From: Felis catus | Taxonomy: Eukaryota | Assembly (NCBI RefSeq): GCF_018350175.1 | Contig: NC_058377.1 | Location: 61,132,001-61,196,000, forward strand | Reading direction: 5' to 3' | DNA: 64,000 bases | Shown: in pieces, positions 47,436 to 60,852 of the stretch | Position numbering within the stretch: the first letter of the stretch is position 1 | Layout of the letters: each line of letters opens with the position of its first letter | Notes under the pieces: generated by a model | Databases searched by the model: none | The model's input: only the letters and a program-made list of their open reading frames with translations | Told to the model about the DNA's origin: nothing | Made by a program: the position numbers and the translations under genes

Positions 47436-49111
47436 ATTTAGCATTTTATCCTTATACCGTCAAGCATTAAAAATATATCTAGTGGCCTTTTACTGTTCTT
47501 TTAGGTTCTGCCTTTGTCTACTCATGTCACCTTAGTAAGGTATATTCATGTTTATCAGTAATCTCTTCTAGAGAATCCACTACTTCCTCACCTAACCTCA
47601 TTATTTGGGCATCATAGGGAATTTCCTTTCACAAAATTTCTATAATATATAGCTTTTTATTGCCTTGGTCATAGTCCATTGGTATATGTAGCTACAGAAG
47701 GTCATATAATGATCTCCTACTTTCAATCAAGCAGTAATGTATTTTAGATTTTATTGCATTAGGGACTTCTTAGTTATAGCCACATCTATATTCCTACTGA
47801 CGTGAACCAGTCTGTTTTTTCCTATGATGTTATAGCAGTAATCCTTCTAGTTTCCCTTCAAAGAAAAATGTATAAAATCTCATTCAGCGCAGTATTCTCT
47901 ATTCAATGATTTGGCTATGACAAAATCATAAGGAAAACAAAATGAAACTTTTGGATGATTTTAAGCTTGTAGAATGGCTAATGAAAAAGTAAAAAAGAGT
48001 ACATAAGGTTTACTGAATAAATTTATAAGGAAAGAGAGCAAATTATAAAAATTCCAGAAGTTTGAGGTGGGTGTGAAGTGGGACAGTACAATCAAAAGGA
48101 GTAATTATTTTCTTGGCCAAATAACACCAGTAAAATGAACGAAAGCACGCTAGGTTAGGTCGAGCTCCATTATGGACATTACAGTGGCTCACAGCCAACC
48201 CTGCCTTTTTGCATCTGAAACACATTAATACTGTCAGAATATTTAAGCTACACTGGTTTTCCAACTGATCTGTTTCTGTAGGTTACCATCCTATCCTAAT
48301 TTATGGTGCCTGTTTATTCAATTGACTTCCTATCAATCTTCACAACTTTCTGTCTTCTCTAGGATCTGTGACTACTTATAGCACCATCTACCCCATTCTG
48401 CTTATATATCCACTTTGAAAGCTAACCAAACAGAATTATCTCAGTGAGTCAAATACACTCTGCCTCTACTGATAAAGGAACAACTCCTCCATATCATTTC
48501 CATGAACCTGGATAATGGGTCTGCACATAGTCAGCTCAACCAGTATTTGCAGAAAGAACAAATCTCCTCATTCCCCACTCTGAGAGTCAATTCCTAAGAT
48601 CTGTGGGACACTATTTTACTCCCTAAACCACAAAAAAATGGGAAGACTGGGAAAGGCTGCCACTTTCTGGAGATTCTGAGCTTTGAAAACAATGGACAGG
48701 TCTATGGGATTGAGAATCTATCCTATGCCTTCAAGTGCCACAGAGGGATTTCTCTTAATCTGAAAGGTGTCTGGAGTTTGGAGATAGATATAGACAAAGG
48801 AGCTAATATTGTCCTCTATGGCACCATCTGAGAACACTTCAGAACCTAGCAAGATCAATGCTCTTAGAATCATAAATTCCATTTCTACAATTTCCTCATG
48901 CAGACACCCACACTGGCTTTGGGAAAAGATATTCAAGAATCCTGTTCTAATAATGACTTGTTGATTCCCCAAAATTAAAAGTAGTGGCCACATTTCCATC
49001 TATGTTTTTTTATATTATAGAAGACATGATGAGAATTCCCTTATTTTTCATCCATAATTTTTCTCTGAATAGGTATCAGAGTCAGTGGAGAGAAAAGGAT
49101 TTATCACCCTG

Positions 49112-50062
49112 ATGGGATCTACCAACATGTCATATCTGAACCCAAAGACTGTGACCCTGATTGGGATCCCTGGACTAGAGCATGTGCAGTTTGGGATCGG
49201 ATTTCCCTTCCTTGGAGTGTGCCTGGTAGCTGTGCTGGGGAACATCTTCTTGTTAATCATCATCCTTACAGAACGCAGTCTTCACCAACCCATGTACATC
49301 TTCCTAGCAGTTTTGGCAGCCACTGACCTAGGTCTCTGTGTAGCCATCGCTCCCAAGATGTTGGCCATCTTCTGGTTTGGCTTGTGCTCCATGGCTTTTG
49401 ATGCTTGCCTCACTCAGCTCTTCTTTATCCATGCCTTGCAGGGCATGGAATCTGGTATCCTGTTGGCCATGGCCTTTGACCGCTATGTTGCCATCTGTGA
49501 TCCTTTGAGGCACACATCCATCCTCACACCTCTCTTTCTAGTTCAAATCGTACTGGTGGTAGTAGTCCGGGCAACGGTGCTTGTTGGAATTTTACCCATT
49601 CTGCTTAAACGCCTGCAACTTTTCCAATCTGTGGTCATTGTCCATTCCTACTGTGAGCACATGGCTGTGGTCAAGTTGGCTGCAGAAGATGTCCATATTA
49701 ATAAATCATATGGGCTCTTTGTGGCCTTTGCAATTCTAGGTTTTGACATGATCTTTGTCTTCATCTCCTACATTCTTATATTTCAGGCTGTTTTTCGTCT
49801 TCCCCAGAAGGAGGCACGACGCAAAGCATTCAATACTTGTACTGCCCATATTGTTGTCTTCCTGGAGTTTTATATCCTTGCCTTTTTTTCCTTCTTCAGC
49901 CACCGTTTTGGACATGTATCACCCTATGTTCATATCCTCTTGTCTACCATCTATCTGCTTGTGCCCCCTGCCCTTAACCCCATTGTCTATGGTGTGAAGA
50001 CCAAGGAGATCCGCATGCGGGTTGCTCAGATTTGTATTCTGAAGCCTGACATCCAGAAGTGA
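49112..50062 (+). CDS. Class I olfactory receptor, OR52 family, open ORF (316 aa from ATG 49112); from memory OR52AB-subfamily-like (unverified)
   Basis: Motifs GIPGLE, LHQPMYIFL, MAFDRYVAICDPLRH, HSYCEHMAVVKL, KAFNTC, SHRFGH, PPALNPIVYGVKT; sequon NMS. The track start at 49085 is a GTG; the first ATG is 49112. Confidence 0.94.
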   Translation: MGSTNMSYLNPKTVTLIGIPGLEHVQFGIGFPFLGVCLVAVLGNIFLLIIILTERSLHQPMYIFLAVLAATDLGLCVAIAPKMLAIFWFGLCSMAFDACLTQLFFIHALQGMESGILLAMAFDRYVAICDPLRHTSILTPLFLVQIVLVVVVRATVLVGILPILLKRLQLFQSVVIVHSYCEHMAVVKLAAEDVHINKSYGLFVAFAILGFDMIFVFISYILIFQAVFRLPQKEARRKAFNTCTAHIVVFLEFYILAFFSFFSHRFGHVSPYVHILLSTIYLLVPPALNPIVYGVKTKEIRMRVAQICILKPDIQK

Positions 50063-51399
50063 TCAAAGAACAGAATGACACCGGAAAAATGTATACTTAC
50101 CCATTTATGATGGAAACTCCTTGCACTATGTCTATGTTGGTGGGAGTTTCACATTATAAGGATCTCCCCTAAATAATCTATATTACCCAAACAAAAGGAA
50201 TCAGAAGGTGAGATAAACTTGAGTAACAAGTATATAAGCATCTCATTAATTCCTATAATCTCCCCCATCTCTCTATTCCTTTCTTCCTTTATCTTTTCTT
50301 TTTACCTTCCTTCCATCAATCTTTCTTGTTTTTTTCTTCCTTCCTCATTTGCACATCTATTGTATCTTTCTGCAATACCAAGAAGCAGTTTATCCTTTAT
50401 GTGTAACAGTGACAAAGACAGATTCCATGATTTCAAAAGATGAGAGTATAGCTACAATATAAAATACTGAGCAAATATAATTTAATGTTATTTAGGCCAT
50501 GGTAAAAGAATAAGAAAAGATCTACTTTCACATGTGAGAAGCAACTAATTTAGATTTTAAAAAGAATCGGAGAAGACCTCATATAGGAAGTCAAGACAAA
50601 TGTAAGATTTGAATAATGCATTTTACTTAAAATGATAAAATGTTATTAACCAAGATTTCACATTTTTAAAACACTATCATCATAACTCATATAGATGTGG
50701 AGAAGTATGTGCGGGTGTGTGTGCATCTAACCTCCTTGAGCAGTGATTCAGGAAAATGCAGGCTCATCTGTGCCTTTGTTAGTGATCAATAATACACAGA
50801 ATTCTGAAGTAGGGAATTATGTATTAATATATCAATGTCTGACACATGGTTTTATTTAGCTGTACAAATATAGTCCTTTTATTGGATAAATGAACAACTC
50901 AACTTTTCAGAGTTGCCATTGACTAGCTTGTGATGGCCTTGGAAGGAGTTCATTCTCTGTATAGTCTGGTAACTCGCTATGAACTTATTTTTTTTTTCCC
51001 TAAATGTTATTAGGAGATACTTCCAACATTTTTGAGATGTAAACCATCAACATGAGCAGTTCTCTGATGAGGGGCATGAAACTTCTCAAAGGGCTTACAA
51101 GCTAGTGAAGAAAATCCAAAGACTTTGAAGTTTATCTATATCTCTTTTAGTTCCCTTTTCATGTCAGACCTTCTTGTCCAGCATCTCTGTGGCTTGAGAG
51201 CATATACACTACCATTATTATCACCATACGGACACCAATAATCTTAACTCAGTTGGTTTCTCTATTTACCATAGTGGTTTGTCTCCCTCCTCTTGATGGT
51301 CAGGCTAAAGACTTATACTATGTCTTATAGTAGGAATAGAAGATTAAAGTTTACCCTATGATGATCTCAGTATATAAACAGGTGAGTATGGCATAAGAG

Positions 51400-51860
51400 T
51401 GTCTATCAAGGGTTTCCCCAAAAACAAATCAAAGCAATAATTTTAGAGTATGTAGTATATTTGGGACTTGCTTCAAGAAAAAAAAATTGCAAGGGACTGA
51501 GCAAGAAAGATAATGAAGGGAAGTAAGCCATTCATGTGTGCATGACTGAGCAGGTTACTGTTATGGATTACCAGAGCTCTTTCCTGTTGAGGGTATTTGG
51601 AAAAGGTAAGGGTCACACCTTGAAACTGTACCAATGAGGGGTTAGAAACAGCATATTTATCTAGAAATCTCCATCTCTTGTTAGATGGTAACTCCTAAAA
51701 TATCACCTTCCCAACACTTCTCACATGTACTATTTATGGACAGAGCATGCTCCCCAGGTCAGAGAAAGCTCTTGGAGTCATGGGAATCCACTGAAATGAA
51801 GAGACTATCTACAGGCAATATATGGAGCAGGTTGAGGGTAAATGGACAGACAATCTTTTA
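51400..51860 (-). mobile_element. Old ERVL solo LTR (LTR16-like)
   Basis: gggtttcccca...gaagggaagtaagcc...gagcaggttactgttatgg; family from recalled consensus. Confidence 0.45.
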
Positions 51861-52397
51861 TAATGTAGGTAAGAAAATGTTTTTCGGGGTAAACATGAAA
51901 AAAACAAGTAAACAGAAGACAGTAAGTTCCTTCATGATTTCACAGACTTAGACAAGGTATGGAACAATGCTAAATGTGTCATGTACTCCAGAGAAAGAAT
52001 CCCCATGAAATAGATTTATAGGAGAATTAATACATAGGTCTCAGGTACCAAGCAGTCAGATATTTATGGCAAAAAATTGTGAAGTACAAACTATTTAGAA
52101 GAACAAATGGAAACACTAGTTTTCCAATATGTGGAGACTTTCCCTGTTACCTGAGCCAATGGAAAACTGAGTTTGGTTATATAGCCTTTCTACTGGGAAG
52201 GAGGGGGCATCCTTTGTTTCCCAGGCAGACAAGATAAGGCTCACTGGATGATTTTTTTTTTTTTTGGTATTATCTTGTGTGTCTTCACAAGAAATATTGA
52301 GACATATTGAATTAAATTTTTATCCTAAAGTGATTTTTGTAATAAGAAAGATTCTTTTATATATTTTGTGGGACTAGAATTCCATCTAGAGCCTTTT

Positions 52398-52632
52398 ACG
52401 TTTTTTTACTTTAAAAATTTTGTTTAATGTTTATTTATTTTTGAGAGAGAGAGAGAGAGAGACAGAGTGTGAGCAGGGGAGGGGCAGAGAGAGGGGGAGA
52501 CACGGAATCTGAAGCAGGCTCCAGGCTCTGAGATGTCAGCACAAAGCCTGACACAGGGCTCCAACTCACCAACCATGAGATCATGACCTGAGCCTAAGTC
52601 AGAGGCTTAACCAACTAAGCCACCCAGGTATT
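52398..52632 (-). mobile_element. Felid CAN-SINE
   Basis: Reverse SINE body; TSD ccatctagag(c/t)cttt. Confidence 0.92.
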
Positions 52633-52974
52633 CCCCCACCCCCATCTAGAGTCTTTTAAAAGAAAGACATACAAAAGGCAGACCAAAAGAGTGATATTTC
52701 CAAATAAGATAAACTAGCTGTCTTCAAAAAAAAAATGGAATATACTAGTGAAGGAAACTTTCAATCCTCCTGCCACTATCTGAATCAAAACCCAAAACAG
52801 GTGTGAGAGCTATTAATCTATTTATCCATTTATTAATTCATTCATTTTGTTTAAACTCAGTATCTATACTGTGTACATAGTATGAAAGGCTCTGAAAGAG
52901 CCTAAATAATATTCATGCAGTCCCTGCCCTCAAGAAATTCTCTCCAGGAAAACAGTACTGTAAAAATATTAAAA

Positions 52975-53215
52975 ACATGGATATTTTGATCAGACAGATG
53001 TAAGACTGACTTCTGACTCTACTATCTAATAGCTGTGTGTTATAAAAAGAAAATTTAAAAATATTTTAATTGTCTAAACCTAGTTTCCCTCATCTTTATA
53101 ATTGGGATAATAATAATTCCCTTAAAGGACGATTGTATGGACATAACAATTTAAAATGCGTTTTAAGCATAGCACATAATGATAAGGTACTTAAAAGATA
53201 GTTATTATCATTATT
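52975..53215. mobile_element. MIR
   Basis: tcagacaga...ctgactctactatctaatagctgtgtg...cctagtttccctcatctttataattgggataataata. Confidence 0.7.
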
Positions 53216-53739
53216 AAAATTGTTAACAATAATAATGAAGACAGGCATTAAAAATTTAATATAAAATGCAAGGAAGTCATTGTTAGGACAGCGACCTGAG
53301 ATAAGGAAAAATAGAGTAAGGAAACACTGGCGGTGTATTTTTTTGTTGCTTCCACTATAAAATTTTAATATATTGAAGAAAATCTTACTATAACAAAATT
53401 TCTATTTCTTTTCTAGTCCTCTTGATATGCAGCTTCTTGCTCTGAATGGAAATAAGAATACCTATTTTAAAAAGTAGTGCAAATTTGAAACATCCTAAAG
53501 GAAATATTTGATACATGGACAGTTTATGACTTCTAATGGAAGTTGATTTTAGGGAAAACCTGAAGTTAAATTCTATAAAAACTCCAATAAATGTCTATGC
53601 CTTTACAATCATAGGATATTATGTGTTAATAGATGTTCACGTACCAATGCCCAAGTGAGATCAGTTAGAGAGAAAATTCCTATGTGTAATCTGACTCAAG
53701 CTCCTACTTCATAACCACAGCAGAATTAAATTCTACATT

Positions 53740-54240
53740 GCATTTATTTCTTTTCCAGCATTGTGGAGATATAATTGATATATAACACTGTTCAGGTTTA
53801 AGATGTACAATGTGTTGATTCAAAACACATATAGTGCAAAATGATACCACCACAGTGTTAGCTAACACCAGCATCATGTCACATAATAACCATTTCTTTT
53901 CTGTTGTAAGAACATTTAAGATGTTATCTCTCAACAACTTTCAAGTATATAATACAGTATTGCTAGCTATAATCCCTATAATATGCATTAGACCCCCAGN
54001 NNNNNNNNNNNNNNNNNNNNNNNNNNNNNNNNNNNNNNNNNNNNNNNNNNNNNNNNNNNNNNNNNNNNNNNNNNNNNNNNNNNNNNNNNNNNNNNNNNNN
54101 NNNNNNNNNNNNNNNNNNNNNNNNNNNNNNNNNNNNNNNNNNNNNNNNNNNNNNNNNNNNNNNNNNNNNNNNNNNNNNNNNNNNNNNNNNNNNNNGACAA
54201 ACAATAGGATGTCCTTCTTTCTCATAGCTGAATGATCTTC

Positions 54241-54286
<46 letters not shown>

Positions 54287-54375
54287 TTGTCCATTCATCC
54301 ACTGATTGACACTTAGATTGTCTCCGTATCATGGCTATTGTTAATATTGCTGTAATAAACATGGGAGTAGAAATA
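53740..54375 (-). mobile_element. L1MA9-like 3' fragment (gapped), with (TG)n at about 54243-54280
   Basis: gagatataattgatatataacactg...tttaagatgtaca...ccattcatccactgattgacacttagattg. Confidence 0.8.
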
Positions 54376-54969
54376 NNNNNNNNNNNNNNNNNNNNNNNNN
54401 NNNNNNNNNNNNNNNNNNNNNNNNNNNNNNNNNNNNNNNNNNNNNNNNNNNNNNNNNNNNNNNNNNNNNNNNNNNNNNNNNNNNNNNNNNNNNNNNNNNN
54501 NNNNNNNNNNNNNNNNNNNNNNNNNNNNNNNNNNNNNNNAAAATAACAAAAATGGTGTCACATTTTGGAAAAAAAATGTTTCTTCTCTCTTGTTGATTTC
54601 AAACTGCTTGAGTCAAACTTTATGTGCCCCAGATGTTTAAAGATTAATACAGTATTGTTCTTGATTGATGACATTAGTGAGATCAAGGAGCTTTAAATGC
54701 TAGCTGTATTTGGTACAAGGGAAAACACAGCTAAATGATAATGGCATGCAGGAAGGTAAGCTGGTATAACCCAAAGATCAAAGGCTTTGAAGTACTACAT
54801 ATCTGAGATACATTCAGAGTTTATTGGAGGTGACCTTGGACATGGTTGTTTTAAGTTTATGCTTTAATGTCCCAATTTGATGAAAAAAATAATATAAATT
54901 TTGCAATTGTGATAAGATAGTTAAATGGCAAATTTTAATCTTGCACTTAATCTGTACTAAAAAAGTATA

Positions 54970-55155
54970 GGGGCACCCAGGTGGCTCAGTTGGTTGAGTG
55001 TCTCACTCTTGATTTTGGCTCAGGTCATGATCCCAGGGTCATGGGATCAAGCCCCACATCAGGCTCCACACTGAGTGGAGAAAGATTCTCTCTTTTCCTT
55101 TGCCCCTCTCCCTGGCTCACACTCTCCCTGTCTCTCTCTAAAATACATTTTTTTA
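54970..55155 (+). mobile_element. Older CAN-SINE
   Basis: ggggcacccaggtggctcagttgg...; flanking taaaaaagta repeats. Confidence 0.88.
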
Positions 55156-56193
55156 AAAAAGTAAAAATATTATTTCTTACCTATGGGGTGGAAAACCTTG
55201 AAAGTCATCTACAAACTAAACATTTGTTGTGACTAATTGAATTGAAAGTGACTAATGTTATTAAGGAACTTTGAATTTTTACCTTTATTAAAGTAGAATT
55301 TGAAGTCTCTGGTAACTGTCACTTCAATTGCAAGAATATGCTAGACAAAATATATTTCTTTTGTGGCCACCAGATCTTATATATTTCAGGAGTGGATGAT
55401 AAAAAGAAGGTAAATTTGAGCTCACTATTGCTAAGAACTCGAGGGAAACACAATGCCATAGTGTGAATTATGTAAATTATGCCACATAGTGCCATTGGGT
55501 ATGCGCGTGGAGGAAGCTCTCTATCAGAGGAGATTTTCAAATAGCAATTGAGCAATCCTTTCTATGGATCGACATTCTTCATGCAGCAGATGGAATTAGA
55601 AGAAAATCACAGCAGCTATAAGTACCACTGGTTGGATTGAGTCAGAGCTGTAAGGAATGATAATTATTTTCAGTGGGTAGGCATATGAACTAAAAACTGG
55701 TTGTTGGTGTATTTAATCAGTGAGAATATTTGAGTATTTCTTTTTTCCATATGACTTTACATTCCATAACTGTACCCAATCCAACTTTTTTTTTCTAGAA
55801 TAGAAGCTAAAGTTGTTTCAGAGTCTTTTCTCAATAGAGCAGGAATCAGAAGGGAAGCTAATTTTTTGAGTTATGGGAAGAAAATTGCTATTGTATAGAA
55901 TTAGGCATGTTGCCTTGGAAAGGAATAGATGTGTGCTGGTGTGCCCTGGCTGTCATGAATCCCTATAAATCTCTGTATCCAAAACACCTTGGCTGCCTTG
56001 GAATTTCTAGAGAATAAAACTAATTCACAAAATCGAGAGTAGACTGATTATATGTATGAGACCTAATATGGGAAGCACTAGAAAATCATCATTGGTGAGC
56101 AATGATAGAAATGTTTAGGAACATAATATGGAACCATTGAGAAGAGGTAGAAACTGAAAAATCATTTATGATGGAAGTGAAAGAAAAGTTGAG

Positions 56194-58434
56194 TGTGGCA
56201 AATTCTATCTTCCAAGAATGGCTAATAACCGTATCTTCCACATCACACACTTTTCTGTTATGTGCTCTTGCCACTCCTCAGTCAAGAATGGACTCTTCCC
56301 TATACCCTGATATATTTAAGGCCCTTCATCTGCCATGAATACAACAGAAAACAATCTGTGCCAGGTCTTGGTAGAGACCTTAACTAATACCACAACCTTT
56401 TCTGTTTTCATGCCACCATGTAAGAACCCACCTAATTCTAATCCGATGGAACAGGAGTCAGTGTGGAGGTAGACTGCAATGCCTAACATACGAATGAAGA
56501 AGGCTTGAGTACCCAGTCTTAGATTCCTGTTCTAAACATTATCTGCAACTGCTTGAGAGACTCCCAAGTGAGAACTACACAGATGAGTCCAGACAATCAA
56601 CAGTACCTTGAGAGAAAAAAAAATCATAAAATACCATTTAAAGCCACTAAGTTTTGCAGTGTTATATTGCACATCACCAGTTAAAATATAAAGGGATGCC
56701 TGGGTGGCTCAGTCAGTTGAGTGTCTGACTTCGGCTCAGGTCATGATCTTGTGGTTCATGAGTTCGAGCCCCACATCAGGCTTGCTGCTGTCAGCGTGGA
56801 GCCCACTTCAGATTCTCTGTTCCCCTCTCTCTGCCCCTTCCTCCCCTCAAAAATAAATAAACAATAATACACACACACACACACACACATATACATACAT
56901 ACATATGAAAAATGATGTTAACAACTAGATTCTGCAATAACAGAAACCCCTAGAATACGAAGCACTGGCTTTGAGTGGACGGACAGAATCTTGAAGGGTA
57001 CCAATAAGACTGTTAATGAAGGCATTAAATAGAATGACAGAATTGTCATTGTGTACCAGAGAATAAAGGTATCTGTGGATGGTGGAACTTTTTTTAAGGT
57101 AGAAAATAAAAGAGGAAGGAAACTTCCAGATAATGTTGACAATGCCACTTGTAATAAAATATGTATAGAGAAAAATGAGTTAAAGAAGTAAGTGGTTTAA
57201 CTTTCAAACACTACTCATAACAGCCACAGAAGCCTCAGGTATTTCTGAGTTTGAACACAAAATTGTTTCTTATTCACTTTTTCTCTAGACATTATATACT
57301 CTTAAAGCATGAGCTAGCTTCTGGATAAAAGTATGCACTTTCAAGATCTTTTACTAGTCAGAAGAACTGCCTGGTTAGATTGAAAAGTGCAGGCATCTCA
57401 AAATGAAAAGAACCACTAGAGTCCCCAAACTATAGGCTTAGGAAGATAAAATGAAAATGTGGTCCACTTCTTTTAGAAAATGAGTGATGATACAGAGTAC
57501 GGGGTCTAGGTCTCAGAAGGTAAAGCCAAGAACCACAAAGAAACAGAATTATCCTCATGGAGCAGGGTAAGAACTTAATCAAGAAGCTGAGAATGTGTGC
57601 CTTAGATTTTAGCCTGCTAGGGACCAGCGACTCCCATGCTCCATCTTTCTTCCTCTTTTGGAATGGGAATGTTTTTACAGTTTTCTTATTGCTGTACTAA
57701 CATTCTATGTTGGCAGTGTAAGAGGCAGAAGACTTATCTCTTCAGTTAATAGATATTCATAGAAAAAGGAAATTGTACTCAAAGAACTATATCTAAGGAA
57801 CCAAACCTTTGAAGCCTCACCTACATCTGGATATGATTTAGATGATGAAATTCTGGACCGATATCATAATAGGATGAGGCCTGGAATTTTAGAGGAGATG
57901 TTAAGTATATGCTGCTAATGAAAGGGATGTGAACTGTTGTAGACAGAGAACAAACTATGCCAGACTGGACCTGTCAAAGATGGCTATAACAGTATTTTCT
58001 AAACTCAATGTTTTTCTGCAATCTAATCATCAATAGTGAGTCTACTTTCCAACCCCTTGATTTGGTCAAATCCTTTGACTGCTTTGAGCAATAAGATACT
58101 ACAAAAGTGATGCTGTCTAAATCTTGGGTATAGACCATATCTGGTCCAGCAGCTTCTGGTCTTTACCTCATGAAGCCCTGAAACACCAGGTAAGAAACCC
58201 AGGCTAATTTTATGGAGAGAGAGCCTAGGGGGAGGAGCACTATGGCACCAGGCTTGTCCATGAAGAAGCCACACTGGATGTCCATTCTCACCGACTCTTC
58301 ACAAGATTCTAGCCCCACGCAACCCTTTTTGTCACGCAACCATGAGAGAAAAATGAAATGAGAGTATTGAGCCCAAACAATCCCAAAATCTTAATTTGGG
58401 AGTTGTTTATAGCCTAGCTAAATTAATTATAACA
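56194..58434 (+). mobile_element. Ancient MaLR provirus-like unit (MLT1H-like LTR, internal region, LTR)
   Basis: Two MLT1-like LTRs: about 56194-56690 (tgtggcaaatt...aatggct...aagccactaagttttg) and about 57950-58434 (aaagatggct...aaccccttga...ttgggagttgttt...taaca), separated by about 1 kb of non-coding internal sequence. Confidence 0.55.
56692..56865 (+). mobile_element. CAN-SINE followed by (AC)n
   Basis: gggatgcctgggtggctcagtcagttgag...aaaataaataaa. Confidence 0.9.
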
Positions 58435-60852
58435 ATTGAGAAGGGGAATTATATTTGAGGGAACACCAATGGTACACTGAAGGTGAAACAACATGCCCTA
58501 AATAATATTCAGAAATGGAGTCGAAGAGATTTCACTATAATATTATATATTTAATTTTAGTGTAGAAAAAGATCATGTAAAGAGGCAATTGTCATATGTT
58601 ACAATCATGTGTTACAATTAAGGAAGGATTGAGTGACACTGGAGACCACTGAAAATGAACCCAATAGAGAGTAGAGAAAAAGAAGAGAGGGAAGGTCAAG
58701 GAAGGCTTACATAGGAATTATTGCATAAAATGAGTCCCAGAAAATGATAAACAGCATGTGGTAGGGGCATTCGGAGAGGAGTCGTTAATTTATCTGAGCA
58801 AAGTTAGGTCTCTGAAAACTTGTTCAGGCAAACTGCAAGGAGTTTAATAGTGGTTTTGCATATTTATGGATGTAATTAATATGTACGTCAGATACACGTG
58901 TACATATATGTGCTTTTGAGTGCTTGCGTTTCTCAGGGATGGTGTACGAATGTGTATAAGTATGAATACGATAACATGTTTCAGAGACAGACTGAGAGAA
59001 AGGGAGGTTTATAGACAAATAAGATGATCGGAAGCATGTATATGAAACAAAAAGCATGTATATTTGTATCATTTGTGTGACATAAATGTCATCTGTGTAA
59101 TTTTGTTCCAGTTAGACTTAGGGATATCTAAATTGTGAACATTAGAGATAAGAAGATGGGTATGATTTTCATGTATAGGTTATCCCGTGGCTTATGAGTT
59201 GATGTTCAATACTGTTTCTGAAAAACTAAGACAAGGAGGATTACAATCTGCTTATGTGCAGTGCAAAATTCAGTTTCTGGGCATGGACCTTAAAGAAACG
59301 TCAGTGTGAGGGTAATGGGAAGGCATGCAGACCAGCATCTGAATTATAGGCCAGGTCAAGGAAACCTAGTGTCTGGCAATACAGAAAATGAGTGATATCA
59401 TCTGAAGGCAGGCATTAAGGCAAACAAATTGAAGTGTGAGATGGGAAGAATTTTGAGTAAGAAAGACCAAGTGAAACTGCCTCCAAAATAGCATTAAGAA
59501 TGAGCTAAAGTAGCAAGGAATGTGTTGTTTCTTTTCAAATAAAGCAGTCAGCTTTAGCTGGATTGATGCCTAATTATGATTTAGTGAAAAGAAAGCACCT
59601 GGCAAGGCAGATGGGCATCAACTCAAGCAATAACTTGAGTGCTGGGGAGTTTAGACTTTGTCTTGAGGAATAGGCTGCTGGAGATTTAAGTGGACAAAAT
59701 GAGATATTTGCTTGGGAAAGACGTGTGGCAGTGCTAATAACAACTTTGGATAGGCGAGAGATTTGGTATAGGAAAGTAAGGAGAATCTGCAGTACACTGA
59801 TGAAAGTATGAGGTAGAGAAGTAGAGAGTGGAAATGTGCAGGCATGTCTTGGTCACTGGTTGGATGAAGGAAAAGAAATAAAGACAACTAAGTAATTTCA
59901 AGCTTTTTTATTTAATTTAACTGAAGTCAAAAGAAAAAAATGGGGAATGCAGAGGGACAATCAAACTAGGAAGGAGACTAAGAGTTTAGTTTGGGAAGAT
60001 TTAAGTTGAGGGTATATATGAAGAGTTGTTCACAAGGCTATTATAATGTGGGTTTTTTTGTGTGTTTTTTTTTTTTTTTTCTAGAACACAGACAGTTTAA
60101 GATACAGATTCAGGTGTCTTGAATATGTGAAAGTATATGAGGTCAGGTAGGCGGAAGGGAGAAAACGAAGCTAGTGAAAAAATAACTTTGTTAAAGGCCT
60201 TCTCCGCCCCCCCCCCCAGCTTTGTAAAATACTTACCTACCAAGTCCAACCCACTGTATATTGGTTCCATATTTAGACACCAATAGTAACTCTCTATAGA
60301 TGACTCTTCTGCATTAAAACCATTCAGACCAAAAAGGAGCTCATTACTCAGACATGATCATAGATATTTATACATGTTTATTCCCATTAGGATTGTTTTT
60401 TATGATATATAATTTTATGTTGGTATAATATCTGAAAACATAGGTGTGGAAGAAAAATCATGGAATCAACAAAAAATTTGGATACTTATTTTTGCCCATA
60501 GATCATGAGAATGTATGACTAAATTCATTTTTTACATCATTTGAAAAAAATGAGATTACAATTTATGTTCTCTGATGGGATTAAATAATAGAATTAACAA
60601 CAAAATATCTCCTACTTTATAACTTACATAAACATTTGGGGAAGGTTCTGGTCATGAGAGTTTCATAAAAACTACATTCTGACAGAGAGAACATGCCCCC
60701 CATTATGTGCCCACACTCACCAAATCCTTCTCTTGCCTTTGCTATTCCTTTGCCCAGGAAGCCTCAAATCAGGCAACCATTATCTCTACCTTCAACCTAA
60801 CAAGATTTCCAGCTCCATATCACAGGTATCCTGTCCACCTCAGATATCATCC

